Of a DNA stretch of 63,696 nt, positions 13,901 through 27,080 are shown in pieces. A program made the translations under genes and the position numbers. Within the stretch, counting starts at the first letter, position 1. Every line of letters starts with the position of its first letter. A model generated the notes under the pieces. The model had not been told where the DNA came from. It saw only the letters and a list, made by a program, of their open reading frames with translations, and made no database searches. Origin of the DNA: Trichinella spiralis (Eukaryota); the NCBI RefSeq assembly GCF_000181795.1, contig NW_003526940.1, positions 84,440-148,135 on the forward strand, given 5' to 3'.

Positions 13901-15516
13901 ACATGGCCCGTTGAATCCATTGAATATGTATTTGAGTACCGATCGTAAACCGATTTATATTAATGGCGGCGATTGTGCTGCTGCCATTTCCGCCACCGCC
14001 TCTACGAGCAAACAGTTTGGCGTTTTTGACATGACTGCTGGCAGTAGTAGTAGTGATCCGTGGTCGAATACCAAGCGACAGTCTGGTTTCGAATGGCCAA
14101 TCGATTCTTTCATGAAAACCGGCGACATGAAAGATCTGAGAAGCAGTATTTTTCCCAGTGCTGCTGCTGCCTACGGAACTTTGGAAGATGCTGTTGCGGC
14201 CGTTGTCAGTCAATCGGATAAAAATGGAATAATCGGCCGTCACATGTCTCTCGACATGAGCCTGGCTAGTTCAATGCCCGGCACCAGCGGCGCGCACACT
14301 TTTGGCACGGGTATTATTGGAATTGACGATGGACCGCCTGAATTTCGACCAGGCCAAAAATGGGAATGGCGAGATCCGAAAGAGGTGGCCGACGACCCGA
14401 ACGCTACGCCAGGTAGTGTCAAGACCAGTTCAATCGGTTTGGGCCGTTTTGGTCACGATCTGAAACCGACCTATCAAGCTGGACCTTCTACCAGCGGTTT
14501 TGCCCACGGCGCCTATTCCATGCCCAGCACCTCTTTGCTGTCCGCCATCACAACACCGACCAAAAGCTGTATCGACCCGACGATCTCGAGCATCAGTCCC
14601 AACTATGCGACCGACAGTTGGTCCGCAAAATCATTCCGACCGATAATGCAGACGACGACTAGTTCCGCTGCCTATTCTCCATTCAGTGCGAAATCTCCGT
14701 CTCGTGTCATGCCGTATGCTGCTGCTGCTGCTGCTGCTGCTGCACCAGCAGCAACACCAATAACAACAGCTCCACAATATGCTTCTTCTTCATCATCAAT
14801 CCCGTCGACATCTTGTGGACTGCAATGGATTGTGCTTATGCATTTAACTCAGCAAACGGTGCGTTCAGCTCCAACAATACCACGTTGAGCACAAACTTTT
14901 TCCAACCTTTTTATTGAATAGTAATAATAATTCATTTTTTTTTTCATTTCAGATGGATGAACAAACATTGCAATACCTGTTCAATCGAGTTGGACCAGTA
15001 CAAGCTTTTGTTTTTCCTCCGGGTTCTGGATTCGCTGCTGTCAAATTCAAAGACGTTTCAGCAGAAAAAGCTTTCGCTCGCCTGCAACAGGATTGCTCAG
15101 TTTACTCAAACGGTATATCCTTTTCTTTTTACTTCATCATCTCATATCATCTATCTCGAAACTCATTTTATTATTTAGATCGTTTTTTTGTTCACGTTTC
15201 AGGGTTAGTTATTTACATAGCCAAAGACAATGAAGTTGAGCGATTGCTTCAGTCGACAAAGAACTGTCAGATGTTTGGTCCACCAGGATCATTGCCACCC
15301 CCGCCACCTGGAATAGTTTGGGATATGCCACCCCCACCCCCACCAAATACCCAATGGACGCCTGCTGGGCCGCCACACCCATTTGCTCCCCCTCCGCCAC
15401 CGCCACCGCCGGGACAAATGCCTTTGCCAGAGCAATTGGCAGCGATGGGTCACCCGCCTAACACAGTCTACGGGGACACTTATTACAATATGGACAGTCG
15501 CCACCCAACATTCTGA
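10927..15516 (+). CDS. TNRC6: GW182/TNRC6-family miRISC effector, 12 predicted coding exons
   Basis: Phase-consistent GT-AG exons: 10927-11122, 11191-11354, 11431-11665, 11732-12021, 12163-12352, 12408-12732, 12797-12881, 12969-13088, 13417-13803, 13893-14858, 14953-15112, 15203-15516. The product has many W-in-G/S/N motifs, an Ago-hook-like DKGTAIWGDP, a Q-rich helical region, QSKLMQWK, PAM2-like PPEFRPGQKW and RRM-like WIVLMHLTQQTMDEQTLQYLFNRVGPV. An acceptor at 10880 suggests further upstream exon(s), so the start is uncertain. Confidence 0.88.
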
Positions 15517-18500
15517 AAAGTGCATTAATGTTGCGTGTAAAAGTGGTGCGCTTTTTTTTCTTTTTTTTTCTTTTTTTTCCTACTATTTTGGGTGCATCTG
15601 TAAGTCATAATCGATCTATAGATATTCGTATTCAATATTTACCCGAGCACCTCAGTATTATCCATTATTCAGGTTGTTCCATTTACCAAAGCGGCCTCGT
15701 TTGAGTGTGGTCATTTGCTGGTAGAATCGGCTTTGCTTGACAAAAAAAATTTCATATAATAGGAAAGGTTTAAAAAAAAATTATTTTTTGCTGCTTATTC
15801 AGGAAAAAGTCAACAGTAAGTCGTTTTCTGACCATACTCGGATGTTTTCTCGTATGCCGCTAAATATGAAAAAGCAAAAAAAAACACTAATCAAATATTA
15901 CGGTTCCATATGTTGTATTATTCTATTGCTCTTGTTTGATGCGTCCTTCTTTTTTTCCATGAAATCAGTTAGCTATATTTGTACACAATTATTGCATATT
16001 TTGCAATTTTTGTGTTCTGCCTTGTACAACCTCTTAAAGATGAATTGTTTGTTTTGGTATCATTATTTACCCATTTAAAAATGATATACGCCACCAATAT
16101 ATTTGAAATATTGCATTTTTTTGTTCGTGTATACCATTTTGAATTGTTGGCGTATTGTTTTTTTTTTAATTTTTTTAATATCTACTTGCCCATTTTCGTC
16201 TGTCATCATTTTTATACGATCGATTCTCGAGCAAAAGTGTATTTTCTTTTCTCTAACATATTGATGGATATTTTTCCATACAACTCAGCGCGAAAAACAC
16301 TTTTCACTGCTCTCTTTCTCTCTCTTAATAATTCCTCTTTATTATTATTCGTCTGCGTGGAGTGTTTTGCTGCTTCTCATTGCTCGCTGTTTGTTCTCTT
16401 CTCATTGATGACGATGTGTCGTAGGTTAAAAGGATATTTCTGATTGTGATTTCCTCGATTGCTTTTTCTCCATTCTGAATTCCATTGTCTCTATATCCTT
16501 TTCCTTTTTTAAAAAATTTTTTCTCTTTTGTTCACTGGCGCTTGTCCGCGTGTGCCAAAAAAAGGAATAAGGTCGAGAAAACATTTGATTGACGCTTTTT
16601 CATTTTGAAAGCACAAAAATTCGGGATGCTTTTAATAAAAGCACGCGGTTGCTGCTTTAAAAAAGTATGCAACGTTTGTCTGTCGTCGTCTAACCCCTCA
16701 AGTATTCTTTATTCTTCTTCTTCTTCTTGGGTTAACAGTGACAAAAATTGTGCAGGAATTTCTGAAAGTGCTAGAAATAATACATATTGAAAATGGGTTT
16801 CTCTTTTTTGCGAAATGAGAAATTGAAGTCAGTCTTTCCACTTAAAAAAATTACACACTTCTTCGCTTGTTGCTTTTTTTTTGTTTTGTTGTTGTCTCTT
16901 GATTTCGTCTCTTTAGCCAAAGATCAATTTCGCTTGGTTTTTCATGCGTGGTGTTCGTCGTTTGCTTGCTTGCTATACTCTACTACTACTACTACTAATC
17001 GTGTACAAAATCATCACCATCGTGTATCATCGTCATCATCATCGTGCTGATGATGATAATTTTATACAACTTTTTGATTTTTATTACCTTTTTTTACATT
17101 TTTTATTTCCATTTCAACAACAAACAAGAAAATAGACCAAACAACAAAACATGTTCAACAAAAAATTCTTCAATTTGCCAGGCGAGATTGCAACGGGCTA
17201 TTATAAAATTATCTCTTTTCAGAAACAATATATATATATATTGTTTTTTCCTATAGAACGTGTTTATTGTCCATGGGTTTATGTGCGTGTGCATCTATAA
17301 GCATGGGTTTTGTGCATGTGTATTTATTTATTTATGCTTGTTTATTATAAATTTTATTATATGGAAAGAATGACGACTTTTGTGTTGTGAACTGTTGGAG
17401 ATGGTTTTTTTTTTTACCAGCGAAGCAAGCTTCTCCTTCCACGGTCTGGCTTTCGTCGAGTTTTTTTTACCATCCTCTGCCTCAGTTGCTCAATTGGTCA
17501 GTCAATCGTGTCGGTAAAAAATGAAGATTTATTTTTGCCTACTTAGTTGGTAGCATGTTTTCATTCTTAACATCTGAAATTTTCACCATTTGAAACGAAG
17601 AAGAAGTTATCGTGTGTGTTTTCTCTTCTGACAACATCTAGCCCACACACACATCCATCTGACGATGCTTCTTCTTATTCTTTCTTACAACCGATACTCT
17701 TCATTTTTTTGATGTCTCTTTAAGCCGACCGTTTTATATTTTATTCCAAAACCTGTGCTTGCATTAATTTAGAAAACTTTCCAAAAAAATACATATAATC
17801 TCATTTACTGCTTTTTTCCATACTACTACTACTACTCCATATATACACTATAACGCTGAAGGACAGTGGCTTTTTGTATTCGCAGAACCATCTATCTATG
17901 CACGGCTGTGATGTTCTTGTTTTATTTTTTTTGTTTTGTTTTGTTTTGATTCCATCATCGTTCGGAATGTGGCTTTTTCTTCATTGCTGGTATTATGTTG
18001 TCATCAGGAGTGCCGTGCTTTCATTTCGAGGTCGACTGATTGTGAATGTGCACGTTATACATACATATATATATATGTTATTTATTTATTTCTATTACTC
18101 ACTACTGCTACGACAACTACTGTATGTTTTGCTCACTCTACTCTCCAACAACATATGTGTAGCATACGCGCTTTAACAAAAAAAAATTTCTCCAAAATTA
18201 CCTTTCTTCCTTGCCTGCATTATTTGAAATATTACTTTCTTTTTTCTATGTCGTCTTTTTATATATGCTGGTTTATGGAAAGCTTTTATGGATGAATTTT
18301 CACCGACTGATGATTGATTGTTCGATTCACTGTGATATATCAGTTGATTTGTCTCTCGTTGGTGAACTTTCTATGAACCACATAGCAGATAGAGATGGGA
18401 AAAATTGGAAAAATAGCAATCATTCATTCACATACAAAATACTGGTCGTTGATTTCGACATTTCGACAATTTTTGTCGAGCTGTGCGAAAATTTCATTCA

Positions 18501-21500
18501 GCCTTCTGTTTTCGCAACAGCAAAAATGAGAAATGTTTCTTTTTTGCCTGTAAGCATTTGTTGCATGTGATGACATTTTTTTTTGTTTTGTGCAATGTTC
18601 GAGGCACAAGCGGGCTTTTTTCTCTCTTTCCATCCCAATTCTCTTGTCATTGCTCTGGATCTTGAAATCCTCCAAATGTGTTATATGATCGATTATAGCA
18701 TTGTCTCTCATGCACACTCTTCTTCGACATTTTCGAAGAGCTTCTGCGCAAGCCTGATCATTTTTGATCTGAACTGATCTGATCTGATTTGATTGTTTCT
18801 TACTACGCCTTTTTCGTTGCTCAGCTGCTACAAAGGCATTAAAAACAAGTCATGGCTTCAAACTCATTTCTCTTTTTTTCTTTCTCTCTCTCTCTTCATC
18901 GTCAATATTGTCTATTCTATTCCTGCACAACTGTACGACGACAGACAATTTTGAACACTTTGTGCTACTGTAAGTGGATTTACCAAGTAAATCTGCTTTT
19001 GCTTTCGCGTGTATATTTTATACGAGGAAGGCAAGCTTTTTCCAATTTTTTCAATTCCTGTCTCTCTTTATCCGGGTGTTCTTCTTCTTATCATTTTTCA
19101 TTTTTAATACATCGATCAGTCAGCATTTTGTTGTTTTGTTTTGTTTTGTTTTTTTTTAATTTTCTTCTTCTCAATGAAGAGATTCTTCTTGAACGATCAC
19201 GATCTGGGAGATTGGATTGGAAATTTTTGTAAGAAACTCTTGCTTGAATGACGGTTTTTCCAATCCGATGGTTTATGACGGTTTGGTGGTAGGTAGTTAC
19301 CTTTTAGTATCATCATCATCGAGCATAATTATTATTGAGTTTATTTTTTTTTTCTTCTTTATGTTCTTTTTTTGGTTTCACTTTTTCTACACTTCTCTAC
19401 ATGCTGGGGAGACCCGTGTGAATTGTGAAATGAGACGGGCAGTGTACTTTTTGTCTTCTTCTTCTTCCTCTTTATTTTTTCTTTATTTTTTATGTTTCTT
19501 CGTTTGACAGCAGCTTTGGTGGTGAAAGGTGGCCTATGGCTAAGCTTGTCTGTCTGTTTCTGTGGTAACATCAATGCTGGTTTATTTTGTTGGTGGGTTT
19601 CGTTCGAGAAATTTTCTTCAAATTTTTTTTTATTGTTTTGCTTTTTTTATTTTATTTTTACTGTAAATTCCCCTTTTCCTCCTACTCCTCCTTTTCCTTC
19701 CCCTCCCTCCTCCTCCTCCTTCCCCTCCCTACCATCCCCTGCCCTTCTTGTGCATATATATCTCATCATCATTGTGATAATATTCATTGGCTGGCTGCCT
19801 GATTGATTGAAAGTATCATTGTTGTTTTACAAATTTATGTCTGTGCGTTGTTTTTTTTATTGAGTGTGATGTTGTATCATCACTTTGAATATGCGTGCAC
19901 ATCAGTCACACATTTGGCCACATATTTTTGTCGAGGCCTCGAAATGTTGTTGCCACTGTTTTCCTTTTAGCTTTTGAATGAGTGAATTAGTCTATCAAGT
20001 TTTGTGATTTGAAAAAAATACAAAAAAATAAACATATATATATATATACATATGCGTTGTTATGAATTTGTTTACTTCTATTTAAAAGCAAAACAAAAAT
20101 ATATATATATATGTATAATATGTATGCGCTTATAATAAGAATTATTTGTTCGACGTTAAAAGTTGACCAACAAGTCAAATCATAATATCGTTATTCTTCA
20201 CCAAGCAAGCTCGACAACAGAACCGAACGGATCAATGGAATGTGAGAAGCGAATCTTTGGTTTTATTTATTTCTCGTCCTGGTGAATGGATGGATGATCA
20301 CTTCTTCCTTATGCAAATGATGCACAGGTATACAGAGTGTTAATAATACGGCAGTGTGGCAAGCAGTTGTTGTTGTTCGAATTATTCGCAATGTCGAGTT
20401 ATATACCGTGTCATCGCAAGCTTTGTACCACTTTCAGCAAAAGTTTCAGCAGCTGTTCTTCACGTTCCGCTTTGTTCAAAATGTACGGCGTTGTGGTACC
20501 GTTCCTGCAATTGTTTCTCATATATAAATACAGTACACTTGACTTTTGTATATTTTCCAAATGAGAAGAATTTGAATTTAAAAATTTAAATAATTTTTTG
20601 AAAATTTCAGTAACAAATACCAACAACAACAACAACAACAAGAATCATGTAATAGAGAAAAAGTGAATATGATTCGACTATTGTTTTTTGATGCTTTTTC
20701 AGAAAAAAAACAAACATCCAACCAACAGAATAGCACTGCTTGATTGGTCGAATATAGTAGAGTATTTCTTTTTTTGGAATTTTCATTTATAACATAAAAT
20801 TAATAATAGAGTGAATTTGGCGCACGACAATAAAAAAGGCAAGACAAGAAGCATTGCATTGTTAGACAACGTCCAGTTAGCGGAAATTTATTTATACACA
20901 ATACAATTTGTATTAATGCTTTTTTTTGTTTAATCAAAAATGTTTATATTGCATAAAAAAACAAGTTGCGTTGTTTACTGATCAACAACACGAACATCTA
21001 TCTATCTGATCTGATTCATTCAATGATGATAACACCGATTCTAGCAAATTTGTTCTGTCAGCATCATATTATTTATTTTTAATGTGATACAGTATAGTTG
21101 TTAAAATAAAAAAATGCAGGCAATTACAAAAAAGCAGAACAAAGTATAACTTTAACAGGTTTTTTTTGTTAAACTGCTTTTTACAAGATTATGTGATATT
21201 TCCATTAAGCATGACGTAATATTTTACAATCGTAGATGGACAAAATGATTGAAAAATGGCATGCATATATATATTTATTTATTTAAAATACAATTTCTTC
21301 TCATTCGTTGTAATGAAATTATTTTGTCTTAATGATCTTGAAATCACTCAGTCACTGAGACTATTTATTAATCGGTAATTATTACTTACTTTCACTTTCA
21401 GAATTGCTTTTTTGTTGCACTCGAGAAAAAACTTGCATGTTTATCGATTTTTTTCTTGAAATAATATTTAAAGTAGAATTTAATTTGTCCATTTACAATT

Positions 21501-22089
21501 TGTACAATTAAATTTAAATATAGTCAAGTAAAATAGTATTATTTATTATTTTTTTTACTATACCTATTATTTAACATGAACAACTGCTCGTTAATATGAA
21601 CATTTAGTTGGTTATTCTATTAATTATGACTATTGTTGAAATAAAAATTGAAAAAGTGCTTTATAATTTCAATTTGATGATTTATTTATTATAGAAAATT
21701 TCATTTATTACAATTATTGCCCTTGTTATTATTTGCTTCATTTTTCTTGCCTAGTTTAAATTTTTTGTGTTGTATTTCAATCAATTAGTTAATACACTTT
21801 GTCTAATGTTCAATAATAATATTGCGTGCATAATTTTGAATTTTTTACAATTCATTCTAAAGTAAATGATGTAGTATATACCAAGTTGTACTCTGTTGTT
21901 TGCTATTGCTATGAAGTTGTGTTTTGAAGGTAATTTCAAATTGTAATTAAAATTAATTTAATAATATCCAAAATATGAAAGTTCAAAATAATTACTGACT
22001 TTGTTTTTGTATATCACTTGCTTCATGCTTAAAATTTACAAATGCAATTTAGTCGCATTTGAGTGTGAGTATATGAGTATGCCAAATAT

Positions 22090-22870
22090 GTACTTACCAA
22101 AGGTCTAAACCGTAGGCGATGTTCTTTGTCGGCGCTTCAGACGGTTTGCCGTGGCCCGAGTGATGGGCAAGCAGTTGGTCACTAATTCCACTTCTCGGTC
22201 TTCTCACCCTAAAATATTACAGGGATGTTGTGTTCAGTAAACGAGATGGTGAACTCAGTTGAATGAATATTATTATTCAAATGAATATAAACAACAAACT
22301 AAATAATTATATTTACCTCTGTATGAGATTTGGTGAAGCGGTGGCGCAAAGTGTAGCTAAGGCTAAGACGGCCAAAAGTGAAAGCGTCAAGAAGGCCAGC
22401 AGGAACAGTTCAGCGTTTCGATAGTTCATCCATGTAAGCTTCGAGGTAGGTCGGCAAAGCACTGACTCGAAAACGGTCAGTCGAAGCACCTTTAGACTTT
22501 TGCCTGATTGTGCTTTAACCAATCGGGTTGTCACTTTTAATGACGTGTCGTCGGCTGTCACAACGGCCCCCGTGCAAATTGCCGGCTGACGGATGCTGTT
22601 GAGTAAACAGTTTTACATATCAAGAATATACACTGTTGGAGAAGTTCTTATTTGGACAAATTTCTGCAAAGCAGACTCTTACGCGGTCCACCCACTTGTC
22701 ACCTTTCGAATGCTGGACCTCGGATATTTGTGAACAACTGCGGGATCCAGCTGCGGGGCATCTGTTTGCCTTGTACAAACAGGCAAACGCATTCCGCACA
22801 TACCACCGCACCAAGTTTCGTGGGCTTCACAATCACACAAGAAAACAAGCAAAATTGACCAAAAACTGAT
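22090..22870. mobile_element. GC-elevated island, probable degenerate interspersed repeat
   Basis: Abrupt compositional shift relative to the flanks and no intact ORF. WTSDICEQL...ALYKQANAFRTYH weakly resembles a decayed piggyBac C-terminal Cys-rich motif. No TSD found. Confidence 0.3.
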
Positions 22871-25179
22871 TCATACCCTCTGTCTCTCTCTCTCTCTCTT
22901 TCTCCTTCCTCCCTTAGTTCCTCTGCCCCCTCTCAGCTTGATCGCTTACTTTCTTTGCCATACTATGCTGTTGATGTTTTCAGAAGAAAAATGAAAATGC
23001 AAAATTTTTCACTTCACACATGTATTCAATATTTTTTGTTATGCTTCTAAAAATTTTAACAAATTAAAATTCTATCCTGTCAAATCATATCAAATCCAAC
23101 AAAAAATATGTGCGTGTATGATGCTTGATCATCATTTTCAATTTTATCATCGATTAACTAATAAAATGCTTCTAAGCATCTGATGGGGTTTTTTCTTTTT
23201 CTTTTTCATTAAGGAAAATACGTGAGATTAGTCAGATCGAATAACAAAACAGCAAATATCCCAGGCGATTTTTCAACCGGCTCAACAATAGCAGAGAACG
23301 CCTTGTTCGAGATTCAATCATGCTTAAATGTCAGCTAGACTATTTGATATTTTATTAGATGTTGTTAATTAAAATGCAACTGACGCGGACCGCAGAATGT
23401 GGCAATTCCATTGTGGACCATTTTTAAGTTACCTATCCCGCCCACCCCACTTGAACAGCTGATGTGAGTGAGCATTATTACAGCATTTCAATAATTTATC
23501 CGTTTCAAAATTAAGAAAATCAAATAAATGCGTGTTTTATTTTGCAGATAAATTTGGATACCGCCTCGCTGGAAAAGTTTAATTTGAAGCGGCAGCGTTA
23601 AATTAAGCGTGTGCGTACATGACCAGAAATATTGCCGGTGCACTTTACACAAGCTTTTCACATTCTCGCAATTTATTATTGTCACATTTACATACACATA
23701 CACACACACAAAACCAGATACATTTCTAATTGCTTTGAAATATTATCTACAGTAAGCAATTATGACAAATGTCAGCTTCACATTTTGATGACAATTACGA
23801 TTGTAGTGGATATGCGATTTATGATTTTTGATTGAACGGCGGAAAAGTATAAAAAATACACTCCTCACAACTGTTCAGTGACGTCGGATATTCTTTTTCC
23901 AACAGCACTTCTTACCGCAAACTGTGAACTGCACTTCAAGTAAAGGATATTAAAAATGAAAGCAAATTTTGTGCCTGCAGTAAAAACATGCACCACAATG
24001 CATGCTAATTGTAATTTCAGCAATAACTGAAATTACATGGGAAAAAATTCTCTTTTGTAAAATGAGCTACATCAAGCTTAATTGGTAAGACAAATTCCAG
24101 GCAATGGGCTTGGTATGTGCTTTTTCTTTTTCTTTCCTGCATTAACATTCAATTGATTTCAATTTCAAATGCCTGTGAATATTAAGTCATCAAAGGAAAA
24201 GAAAAGAACAAAAAATTCATCCTATCAAATAAGATTCATTCAATGAATTTATTGATTTCTACGATCATTCAACGTTTACTTACTTAATTTCTAAGCATAT
24301 ATAGAAAAAAGGAATTTACAATAAAATTATTAATTTTCTCATTTACACAATACATTGATTAACCACATGTGCTTTATTGTTCACACTTGAGTGAGTGAAT
24401 ATGCATATTTCAACCAATTTAAATGAATAAAACAATTTCAATTCATTGTTTCAAGATTCAATGCATGACGACGACATTGTTTATTGCACTGTATTAAGAA
24501 ATTTGCACAGATTTATGGATTTTTAAAGTTGTCATTATCATTCAAAACCACTAAAAACTTTGCAAAAACAACATTGAATACGATCATCTTTATTTAATTT
24601 AACGTTATAAATAAGCAAAATAATTCCCGTGAAATTTAAATAAATCTTAAATTTGCACATAATATGTTCATTAACTTGCGTAGTAAATCGTAAATTACCG
24701 ATGTATATATCTCTCTTTGTTCATTTGGATTTGAATTTTCTCGCTGCATACAGAAAGGCATTTCATATTTTACATGAAATATTTTGATTTTAATATCATC
24801 CAATAATCTGATAAAAGCTGAAATCAACAAAGTATACTAATACACATAAATGAAGGACAAAAAATTGAATTATTCAAAATATATCAACAAATTTGAAAAT
24901 AATCAAACCGTACTCTTCATAATTCAACGATGGTGAATTAATTTATTATGAATTGCAAAATTTGAACAACTCCTTTGAAATTTAAATTATTTTATCTGGC
25001 GCAAGTGTTGCTTCTTGTTCTCTTTTTTCAAAGACTTTTTAGAAGATAGCATTAAAATGTTTGAGCAAACAAAATGAGTTTTAAAGAAGCAAAGTTCCAC
25101 TAAATTTGACTGGTGATAAGGAAAAATATTTTATTTACGTAAACGTGTTGTTGTTGTTGATAAACTGCAGAGCAATTCC

Positions 25180-25637
25180 NNNNNNNNNNNNNNNNNNNNN
25201 NNNNNNNNNNNNNNNNNNNNNNNNNNNNNNNNNNNNNNNNNNNNNNNNNNNNNNNNNNNNNNNNNNNNNNNNNNNNNNNNNNNNNNNNNNNNNNNNNNNN
25301 NNNNNNNNNNNNNNNNNNNNNNNNNNNNNNNNNNNNNNNNNNNNNNNNNNNNNNNNNNNNNNNNNNNNNNNNNNNNNNNNNNNNNNNNNNNNNNNNNNNN
25401 NNNNNNNNNNNNNNNNNNNNNNNNNNNNNNNNNNNNNNNNNNNNNNNNNNNNNNNNNNNNNNNNNNNNNNNNNNNNNNNNNNNNNNNNNNNNNNNNNNNN
25501 NNNNNNNNNNNNNNNNNNNNNNNNNNNNNNNNNNNNNNNNNNNNNNNNNNNNNNNNNNNNNNNNNNNNNNNNNNNNNNNNNNNNNNNNNNNNNNNNNNNN
25601 NNNNNNNNNNNNNNNNNNNNNNNNNNNNNNNNNNNNN
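25180..25637. other. Assembly gap (N run)
   Basis: Run of n characters. Confidence 1.
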
Positions 25638-26438
25638 TAAAGACAGGAAAAAGTATTAACTCCGGACGGTGGCGATTATTCTTAACCCGGCTAACAGATA
25701 CGAGTAAGATTCGATGACACTAGCTTTGTCCGACATCAAATCGCATTGAATGGTAGATAGACTGTTGGTTACCTATAAAGATACAAATCTTGAATGTAAC
25801 CATACATGAACCCAGGGTCAACGTGCAGCCCAGCAGTATTATTTTGTAAACCCATAGCAAAGAACAGGATGTACCTCGATGCAATCTTCCACTATACGAA
25901 ATCATCACTAGCATTCGTTGTTCTAAACGGGACCGGGATTTGCAGGTCCCGACGATGATTGGGCAGTTTTGGGAATCGCTTTGCCCGGTGGTCGTACATC
26001 GCAGCCCTTATCCGTCTAAAGAGAGGGAAATAGCCGGATGTTGATGGCTCGGCGGACGCGGCGGAAGCTTCCTCGTCATAAATGGCCGGGATGGGCTTTG
26101 TTTCTTCCGCGCTGCGCTTTGTCTAAACCGCCCTCTTTTCCATTTTGTACGCCAAGTGTTCATCCACCGGGCAGCTTTCGATGTGATCATTCCGCTTGAT
26201 CACCGTTGTCACATCAAGGTTGGTCCATACGGCACCACCACAGCCCTTTTTATCCTATACCAAAATAAACTAATCCTTAATAATTAAGGAAACACACTGT
26301 ACATTTAGCACATACCTGCGAGCACCTCCTATATTTTTTTCTGGCGGCACGTTTTAATTTATATGCCCTGCCTTCATAAACAAGGGACGTATCACCGCAA
26401 CGATTTTGCACAACATGCAACTCAGGTACATTAGCTAT
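25638..26438 (-). mobile_element. Degenerate FLYWCH/MULE (Mutator-like) transposase fragment
   Basis: The minus strand translates as VPELHVVQNRCGDTSLVYEGRAYKLKR / (intron ~26255-26315) / DKKGCGGAVWTNLDVTTVIKRNDHIESCPVDEHLAYKMEKRAV*...RAAMYDHRAKRFPKLP. This is a FLYWCH-type zinc finger followed by the MULE pre-catalytic region, with in-frame stops. Confidence 0.8.
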
Positions 26439-26701
26439 AGGCAAAAGAAAGAAAATGATTTCAATAACTCAGGAACGAAAGCACTGGTCTCAAAGACAAC
26501 AGCAAAGGAAAGTGAATTGGACGATTTTGAATTTCATTTTATATAACCATTTTGCAACATTTAGTTTTCATTTCTCATTGATTTATTACCGATTTCCCTT
26601 CTGATATATAAATCTGCTCTGACTGTTTGTAAATAAATTTGTTGCCTGTTGAAATTTATCAAGATTGGATGTTAACTTCCGTTTGTAATATCAGAATGAA
26701 T

Positions 26702-27080
26702 NNNNNNNNNNNNNNNNNNNNNNNNNNNNNNNNNNNNNNNNNNNNNNNNNNNNNNNNNNNNNNNNNNNNNNNNNNNNNNNNNNNNNNNNNNNNNNNNNNN
26801 NNNNNNNNNNNNNNNNNNNNNNNNNNNNNNNNNNNNNNNNNNNNNNNNNNNNNNNNNNNNNNNNNNNNNNNNNNNNNNNNNNNNNNNNNNNNNNNNNNNN
26901 NNNNNNNNNNNNNNNNNNNNNNNNNNNNNNNNNNNNNNNNNNNNNNNNNNNNNNNNNNNNNNNNNNNNNNNNNNNNNNNNNNNNNNNNNNNNNNNNNNNN
27001 NNNNNNNNNNNNNNNNNNNNNNNNNNNNNNNNNNNNNNNNNNNNNNNNNNNNNNNNNNNNNNNNNNNNNNNNNNNNNNNN
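26702..27080. other. Assembly gap (N run)
   Basis: Run of n characters. Confidence 1.
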
